Shown piece after piece: positions 54,380-64,000 of a stretch of 64,000 nt of DNA. Every line of letters begins with the position of its first letter. Position 1 is the first letter of the stretch. The DNA is taken from NCBI GenBank assembly GCA_951406725.2, contig OX597825.1, positions 53,382,001 to 53,446,000 on the forward strand. The letters are read 5' to 3'. The notes below the pieces were generated by a model. The model did not search any database. It saw only the letters and a program-made list of their open reading frames with translations, and was not told where the DNA came from. The position numbers and the translations under genes were made by a program. Source of the stretch: Octopus vulgaris (lineage: Eukaryota).

Positions 54380-56760
54380 TATTGTATTAAAACACACAGC
54401 TTATATTGCTGGGTATGATGGAAAGTGTCAGCTGTCCACAGCCAGCAAAATAAGGTGACACGTGTTTTAATAGTGATGCTTCAAGAACGCTCTGAATAAT
54501 TCTTGCAGTTCCAAGCAATGCTGGTTTTTTTTAGGTGTTCTATCTTCACATTTGCACTGATCTGTTTCAGCCATGTTGGTAGGTGAATTCTCATACTTCC
54601 AAGTACACAAATTACTATTGGTATCACGTCTACTCTCTTCATTGACTATAACCTTCTTACTTCTCACTTTAAATCGTCATAGTTGATAACTTTTTGCTTC
54701 TTTCACTTTGATCCTGTTGTCATCGGATTATATAAATCAATTATCATACATGTTGTTCTTTCATTTTATTCATCACCCCAACGACCGGTTTCCGATGTCT
54801 TGTCTGGTGATCGCACTGGATCATTCAATCCCACAGGATTTTGCAATTCTCATTTTCGTTGATTCCTACTGGGGTTTACTGATATCACTTCTTTGCTCTT
54901 TCTAGGCCAAGATTTCCACATATTTCTCAATGGATCATCTTGTAATATTGACATGTCGTCTTTTGTATTCGCGATGTGCCAATTTCGGACGTTCTCTAAT
55001 GATATGCCATACCATTTAACGCTACTGACCACACATTCTGCATATATCGCTATCGGTAGTGTTGTCTATTCTGCACTTCATACAATTGGTCCTTAACGTT
55101 TGTTCCTGAGCTGCACATATGAGTGCTTCTGTCTCTATCTTCAGGTCATTCTTCTTTATCCATATCAACGGTAACCCGCATATGCCTTGGCGTTCGCATC
55201 TCTTGAAAACTAACCATACATTTTCTTTTCGTTCTATGCTTTTTTTTTGTTTTGTTCACTTCTTGTTTAAATTTTTCTTTAGTTAAACAACCTTAAGCTT
55301 TAATGACGCCGGCCTTCTTTGTGTGTTTTAGCAGTGACTCCACGGCATTTTTATATACCACACTAGGCTGTTTTTCCTTGCTCTGATACAGTCCTGGCAA
55401 CAGATCAAACCTCTCTCACACTTCCTTCTGGAAAAGTACAGCCTATCGGTGACACTCTTATGGTGGAAGATTCCGTGCTCCGTGCACTGTCAATATTTTA
55501 CTGGTTTTGTTAACCATTTTCTTCATTTCTCTTTTTTGCCATTTTATAATTCTCGCTTCATACCTAATTGAGGTTGTCGCCCATGTATCAACTGCCTGGA
55601 CGTTATTCCATCCAGTTAATTTTGAGCTCAGACACAATACTCCATCCTTAGTTGCTTTTTCATTTCTTTTTCCATTATCTCGTTGACTTCTAGTATACCA
55701 ACGTATTTGCATCCTCCCGTTTCAGTTTGCTTAATCAAGTCTTTATTTGGTAATTCTATCCCTGCTAAGGACTGTATCTTGCGTCGTTTTAGGTAGATTG
55801 TTCCGCACATCGTGAGTCCAAATTCCATTCTAATATCAGTAATAAAACAGTGGACGGTGTTCAAGAAGGAACTCACTCGTGTCTCATCTTTGCCATACAG
55901 TTTCAAATCATCCATGAAGGAAAGGTGGCTGATTGTTTGGGGTTTTCCCTTTAGTTGATACCCCAGATTCATTTTCATGAGTACCAAGGTCAGGAATATC
56001 ATGCAGACAACGAAAAGCAACGGAGATAGGCTGCCACCCTGGAAGATCCATCTACTGATACCCAAGGTGTCCAAGCATTTTTCTGTAAAATGTCAGTTCA
56101 GTTTCCCATCCTCCTACACGTCTCTTCAGGAAATACGTTACATTGCTCGCAATTCGAAACAGATCTAAGCACTCAATGATCTGCAAATGTGGAATCATAT
56201 CATAAGCTTTGCGGTAGTCAATCCAGGCCGTTCATAGATTTCTTCTACGTTTACAGTCTTACCATATTGTCTATCAATGCTTGACCTTTGATACTTCTGC
56301 CGCCTTTTTGTTCCGGCGGTAATATATCGTTCTCATCAAGAAATTCATACAGTTCTTCTGCAATTCCTCTTGATAGTAACGTCCACATTACTGGGTGGCA
56401 AGAATTTGGTCTGTAATTGCCTGCAGTATTTCCCTTTGATGCATCCTTAATGCACAACACCGTTCGTATTTTTGCTAACCAGCCTGGGATTTCTTCTTCT
56501 CCATTGATGAATACATTAAATTGTTCTGTGATCAATTTATCGCAAGTAATGAAATTTTTTTATCTAAAATCCCTGATTACAAAAAATAACACCTCTTTTA
56601 TCAGGCCCTGCTGCTTTCCAGTTGCTTATCTTTTCACACATATTTCTTGTACTGTCTTATGTGAAATTGAAAGCCTCTTGCTGGGGATAAGGAACTATTT
56701 GCTTCAGGCTGCAGAGCCGCTTAACTTTAGTATTATGTTGTTCTTGCTTACTCCATAAGC
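54380..56760 (-). mobile_element. R4/Dong-clade LINE, 5'-truncated pseudogene (RT + RLE region)
   Basis: [57 protein letters not shown] and C-terminal ALLGTARII. Flanked by (TAG)n and (CAT)n/(ATT)n. Confidence 0.88.
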
Positions 56761-56789
56761 AATTCTTCTTCTCCTCCTCCTCCTCCTCC

Positions 56790-56865
<76 letters not shown>

Positions 56866-56866
56866 T

Positions 56867-56899
<33 letters not shown>

Positions 56900-57283
56900 T
56901 GGCTCTGAACTTTGCTTGTTCTGGAATCAATTTTGGATATTAAATATTTCTATAGGTGCTTATTATCATTATCTTACTAAATTGATCTCATATTATTACT
57001 TTATTGCAATTCAAGTTGTTCCTTCATTTCATAGTAAAAATAGTAATTTAGTTTACTTCATCGATTAGCTAACTTCATAAAATATGCATATTTTTTCGTA
57101 ATATCTCCTATTACAGTAAAATACCATTTAGTTTTTGTGTTTAGGAACGTTTTAACTGTTCGCCCTCACTAAACAGGAATTTCTTTTATTCCATTGCGTC
57201 GTTAAAGTAGTTTAATTACATTTAACTGTTCTCTGTCAATTTTTGTCTGTATATATATCTGAATATATATATGCATGTATATA

Positions 57284-57368
<85 letters not shown>

Positions 57369-57741
57369 GCATGCATATATATATGCATGTATATGTATAT
57401 ATGTTGGTGTATATACATAGACATAAGCATACACATTAATATATGGATTATTTGATAGATTAACGTTAGCGGTGTACGAGTTCAACAGTACTAATTACAG
57501 TGAAAATATATACAAGATTCCATAACAAAATTTCCATCTAAATGCCACATTAAAACTAACAAATACAGAATACAACTGGTTGCGAGAATCTTATATGAAA
57601 CACAACATAAAAGAGAAGTAGGGGACTGAGGTGAGAGTGCATCTGTTCTCACATCTCACGTCTCCTATATGTTCTCTCTGTCCGTTCTCCCTCTTTCTCT
57701 CTATATATGTGTGTGGATATATACATATACATATATATGTG

Positions 57742-57778
<37 letters not shown>

Positions 57779-57782
<4 letters not shown>

Positions 57783-58636
57783 TCTGATCAATAAGTATCC
57801 GGACTCTTGATATAGTGAGGGAACTAAAGAATGCAGAATAAAGTCGCTTGGCAAACTTTGATCTTGAACTCTGCTGTGTATGCGCTTTAAGTTTTCACGT
57901 ACTAGCTCAGTTCCGCTGCTTTCAGCAGTGCATTGAAGGAAGGTGAGTAGCGTGTGATCGTCGCATTGAATATGAATGATAAAGATGTCATTTCGTACCT
58001 GCGCTAAGACCTACGCAAAAGACTGCATAAAATGTATGTAGAGAAGTTTATAAGCCGCAAGTGTACGTGTTGTTCAGATGTTTCCAGGATGGCCGAAAAA
58101 ATGTCGACATTGACGAACGTTCTTGGAGACCAAAAGAACTGAGAAAAACATCCCAGATGTGCATGGGGGAAAATCGTCCAATCTCTATCCGTGAGTTATC
58201 AGAGGATATGTAGATTAGTTACGGTTCAGTTCAGTCCATTATCAAAGAAGATTTTGCACAAACTTGGCGTGTCTGCCAAGTTTGTGCCAAAGCTAATTTC
58301 AGCCGACCAAACAGACACTCGGGTTTCAGCTGCACAAGATCTTGTTTGTTATGAGAACGATGAAAAGTTGTTGAAAACCTTACGTACGTCTCTGAGCAGG
58401 TATCGCCAAGACTTTGGCGAAATTTGATGCAGATTCCCTGTTCAACTTTCTCTGTCATAGTGAATGCGACGATCACACGCAACGCACCTTTCTTCCAAGC
58501 ACTGCTGTAAACAGCGGAATTGAGGTAGAACGGTAAACATGGATAGCAGATTTCATGGCCAACCTGTGTCAAATAGCCTAACTCTGCGTATTTCAGCTTC
58601 GTTACTATGGCAACAGTCCGGATACCTTTGATCAAA

Positions 58637-58641
<5 letters not shown>
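57779..58641. mobile_element. Non-autonomous mariner derivative made of two inverted left ends
   Basis: TIRs ggtctgatcaataagtatccggact / agtccggatacctttgatcaaacc within (TA)n. Subterminal 57905-57980 is inverted at 58440-58525; minus arm encodes MTEKVEQGICIKF. Confidence 0.85.
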
Positions 58642-60250
<1,609 letters not shown>

Positions 60251-60884
60251 ATATGCATATATATATACTAGAAAACGTGTGATATTCAAAGCTCTATAAA
60301 ACGCTCGTTTCAGCAAAACACCGAAATATTTACATAATGATTAGAAACATCATACAGTCATGCATGACACCTCATCAGTGTTCGCCTGACCCGTACGTGG
60401 GCAGTGTATATGCTTGAAATTAGAATACAAGTCTGAGATAGTTATGCACAATAGCAGTAGGTTTTGCTGACCACTGTTAACACCATCAAGTATCGCATTT
60501 TCTTGCGCAACCCGACACTTTCATACTTCACCTCACAAGCAGAATATGCACACAAATTAAAAGATATTAGGATTAGTTGTGACTTCTTCTGGTCGATATT
60601 AGTAGCCGTGCCACCTTGCCAAGGCGGTAGGCAGCCGTATGCTATATGCTGTAGCAAAAGCTTAGATACTATTTTGGCAAATTGCAAGAGGAACTTTAAT
60701 AAGTGTAGCGAAATAGGTCTGTATTACACCCAAAGAAAGCTAGGACGCTTCGATACTTCCAGTAGGGAGAACCCGAATCCGTTGATCCACGTTAGTACAC
60801 TGTTGAACTTTCCCGTGGAAGACTATTAAGATATATTTAGGCGCATCTGTAATTTTATAGATTTTCTTATAATTCTTTTCTACT

Positions 60885-61258
60885 CTACGAACAAGGCCCG
60901 AAATTTTGGAGGGAGGGTTAAGTCGATTACATCGACCCCAGTATGTAACTGGTACTTAATTTATCGACCCCGAAAGGATGAAAGGCAAAATCGACCTCGG
61001 CGGAATATGAACTCAGACGAAATACCTATTTCATTACTACCCACAAGGGGCTAAAGACAGAGAGAACAAACAAAGACAGACAAAGGTATTAAGTCGATTA
61101 CATCGATCTCAGTGCGTAACTGGTACTTATTTAATCGACCCCGAAAAGCTGAAAGGCAAAGTCGACCTCGGCGGAATTTGAACGCAGAACGTAACGGCAG
61201 ACGAAATACGGCTACGCATTTCGTCCGGCGTACTAACATTTCTGCTAGCTCGCGGCCT
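60885..61258 (-). mobile_element. SINE pair (family of 48920) with duplicated 3' module
   Basis: taagtcgattacatcgac..tggtactta..tcgaccccgaaa..tcgacctcggcggaat occurs twice (60918 and 61090). Confidence 0.8.
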
Positions 61259-62274
61259 TGAGGTTTTCTTATAATTAACTACTATTATTCCCTCAAATAG
61301 AGGTGTATGAGTATTTGTATGAATACACATAAAGGCGGCGAGCTTGTAGGATTGTTAGCATGTCAGGCGAAATGCTTAGCAGCATTTCGTTCTGTGTTCA
61401 AATGCCGTTGGAGTTTACTTTTCCTTTCACACTTTCATTGTCGACAAAATAAGTATACACACATATATCCAACAAAGACTCGCATGAGGGGTTCTACACC
61501 GTGCAATTTCGCAATTAAAAATATTAACAATTATATATTGCATCTCGACATAGTTAAGAATTCTGGCGAATATTTTCAAAGGTGACTTCATAATTCTTTC
61601 GGGCTCAACTATGTTCATCAAAGTAATTGTTTAATAATTAATTGATTCACAAATTAGGTGTGGTAAAAATGCTGGATTAAACCGCCAGAGCAATCTCTGC
61701 GAAGAATCAAAAGGCATGCCACATTTACTTCTAAACTTACAGCTCCAGTGATGACTTTAGAATGCAAAGTGTCATTGGCCGCAATTATTGTAATACACTC
61801 CTTTGCAATATCTAGAGCGTTTGTATGGCATGAGGAAAACTAATGTGTATCCAGATATCCTTCAAAATATTAGAGACCATGAATCAAGTGTTATGTACCA
61901 CAGAACAATTTGTCTCGTATGTAAAACATCTAGAACAAAATAAATATTGAATATATCTGCATGAAGTACAAAGAAAATACAATTTGAATTAATTGAAAAT
62001 ACAATTCGAAATAACTGTGTAAATACAATTTGAAATAACTGTAAAGACAAGTGAGTATCTGAGAAAACTTGCATGTGTGCCTAGGAGTATTTGTGTATAT
62101 GTGTGCTTATGTGTAAATATGCGCCCTGAATGTGAATGCTATGAAGCATGCTAACAATTCTGCCGACTCGGCGCCGTATATGTGCATCTATATATATATA
62201 TATATAGATATAGATATATATACATCGTAATACGTATAGATTAGCACATATGTTGATTCGTTAGTTACTGCACG

Positions 62275-62458
62275 CATTTTTTTTATCTCCTTATTTCTGT
62301 GTTTTTTTTCTCTCTGTGTATCTTTCTGTTGAAGAGCGTAGGCTCGAAACGTTAAAGACTTGTTTTATTTATATTTCCTGAGCGCCAGACTAATACAATT
62401 GTTTGTTTGTTTTCCACCTGCCTTCGTCTTTTGTCTATTTTCATAAAGCTTCCCGTTA
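62275..62458 (+). mobile_element. Short PLE-derived repeat with hammerhead-like motif (CTGTTGA variant, 62321-62358)
   Basis: tcttt CTGTTGA a gagc gtag gctc GAAA cg TT aaaga; ends in (TA)n. Confidence 0.65.
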
Positions 62459-62714
62459 TATATATATATATATATATATATACTTATATTCATATCTATA
62501 TCTATCTGGATACTTGGCTAATTAGGTCAGTAAGTTATAATCACTGCTACCTATTGCAATAAAAACCCAACGAATATTTCTAGAAAATGTAATGCTACTA
62601 AAAATGGATACACATATACACACACAATGTATATATACATATACATATACGCATGTCAAAACAAAATACACTCATATACACGTTTATATGTGTGCATACA
62701 TATAACCTTTTCTA

Positions 62715-62917
62715 CTATAGGTACACGGCCAGAAATTTTTGGGAAAGGTGCAAGTCAAATTACATGGACCCCAGTATTCAGTCTTTAATTTATCGACCCC
62801 GAAAGGCTGAAAAGCAAAGTTTACGTCGGTGGGATTTGAACTCAGAACGGAGCGGTAGACGAAATACCACCAAGCATTTCACCCAGCGTGCTAACGATTC
62901 TGCCAATTGGCCGCCTT
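62715..62917 (-). mobile_element. SINE (family of 48920)
   Basis: Reverse complement begins aaggcggccaattggcagaatcgttagcacgctgggtgaaatgctt. Confidence 0.8.
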
Positions 62918-62970
62918 ATGTGCGCGTATATATATATATACATCGTAATACATATAAATTAGAACATATA

Positions 62971-63023
<53 letters not shown>

Positions 63024-63885
63024 AAGAACATGCGTCTGCATGTATACATATACTCTCGCTAGTAGAAAACACAGATATGTACCTGATTTATGCACATATA
63101 TGCCTTCATGCGTAGACAAGCGTACATACACACACACATGTATGGAGGTAAGGAATACAGTACTAATATAAGATACTAATTTACTATATTAAAGATATGA
63201 AGATATGACAGAGGCATTCTAATTTTTTTTCACTACATAAGTTTGCAGGCATAAATGATAAATACATGGCGATATATAGACAGATATTGATAACTGGAGA
63301 CAGATTTAGATAGATAGACAGGTATAGTACTTCATGGAAGCTTGGAGAAAAATAGATAAATGGCAAATGCAAAAATGTATATATATATATATACACACAC
63401 ATACGTATATATATGTGTGTGTGTATACATATATATAACAAGGCATTGCAAACATATTTCCCACGCGTGCATAGCTTTTTATGTATGAATATAAAATGAA
63501 ACATGTCTATATATATAAATATTAATATGAATGTACGCTTGCATTTGAAAGTATGCCGGTATATGTATGCAAGTATGTATGTTTGTATGTATGTATGTCT
63601 GTATGTATGTAGGTAGTTAGGTAGGTAGCTAGCTAGCTATGTATGTATATTTATTTAAATAGATAGATATATACATACGTACATATATACATATTTGCAC
63701 ATTAATGTGTGTGCACGTGAATCACTTACGCACATAAACGTTCACATGCACACAAACATATATACACAATTTCTAATTCATACATACAAACATACATACG
63801 TATACATAAACGCATATATGTGTGTGTGTATACAAATGCCTGTGTTAATATTATATATATATATATACATTCATATATTCATATT

Positions 63886-63918
<33 letters not shown>

Positions 63919-64000
63919 GTAGGTATATGTACACATATGTGTATGTGTATGCATTGTATATTTGTTGAAACAGTCATTCACACAGATTCACTCTCATAGA

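Noticed and set aside
60267-60830. Host exon or Helitron helicase fragment (ORFs 60442-60687, 60464-60829)
   Set aside because: No convincing motif or splice-supported frame.

Overview
AT-rich eukaryotic non-coding DNA saturated with (TA)n, (CA)n, (GATA)n and (AAT)n microsatellites. The tRNA-derived SINEs resemble those of octopod cephalopods, so the source is probably Octopus (inference). I found no host protein-coding exon; almost all listed ORFs are microsatellite artefacts. Real coding signal is transposon-derived: mariner/Tc1 relics, a CR1/L2-type RT, two R4/Dong-type LINE relics, Penelope-like (PLE) RT and GIY-YIG relics, and Helitron ends. The main observation is a set of young non-coding repeats inserted in (TA)n tracts that carry type I hammerhead ribozymes (HHRs). 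These are a 4x490-bp tandem array plus inverted copy (25033-27476), a 2x480-bp array plus inverted copy (44551-45803), and several fold-back elements (6597-7154, 9521-9800, 21255-22346). They come from at least four apparently unrelated sequence families that share one architecture: HHR-sense 3' ends point outward, mostly into (TA)n. They look like retrozyme-like or PLE pseudo-LTR-only elements predicted to release ~480-490-nt self-cleaved, possibly circular, RNAs. All folds were paired by eye.
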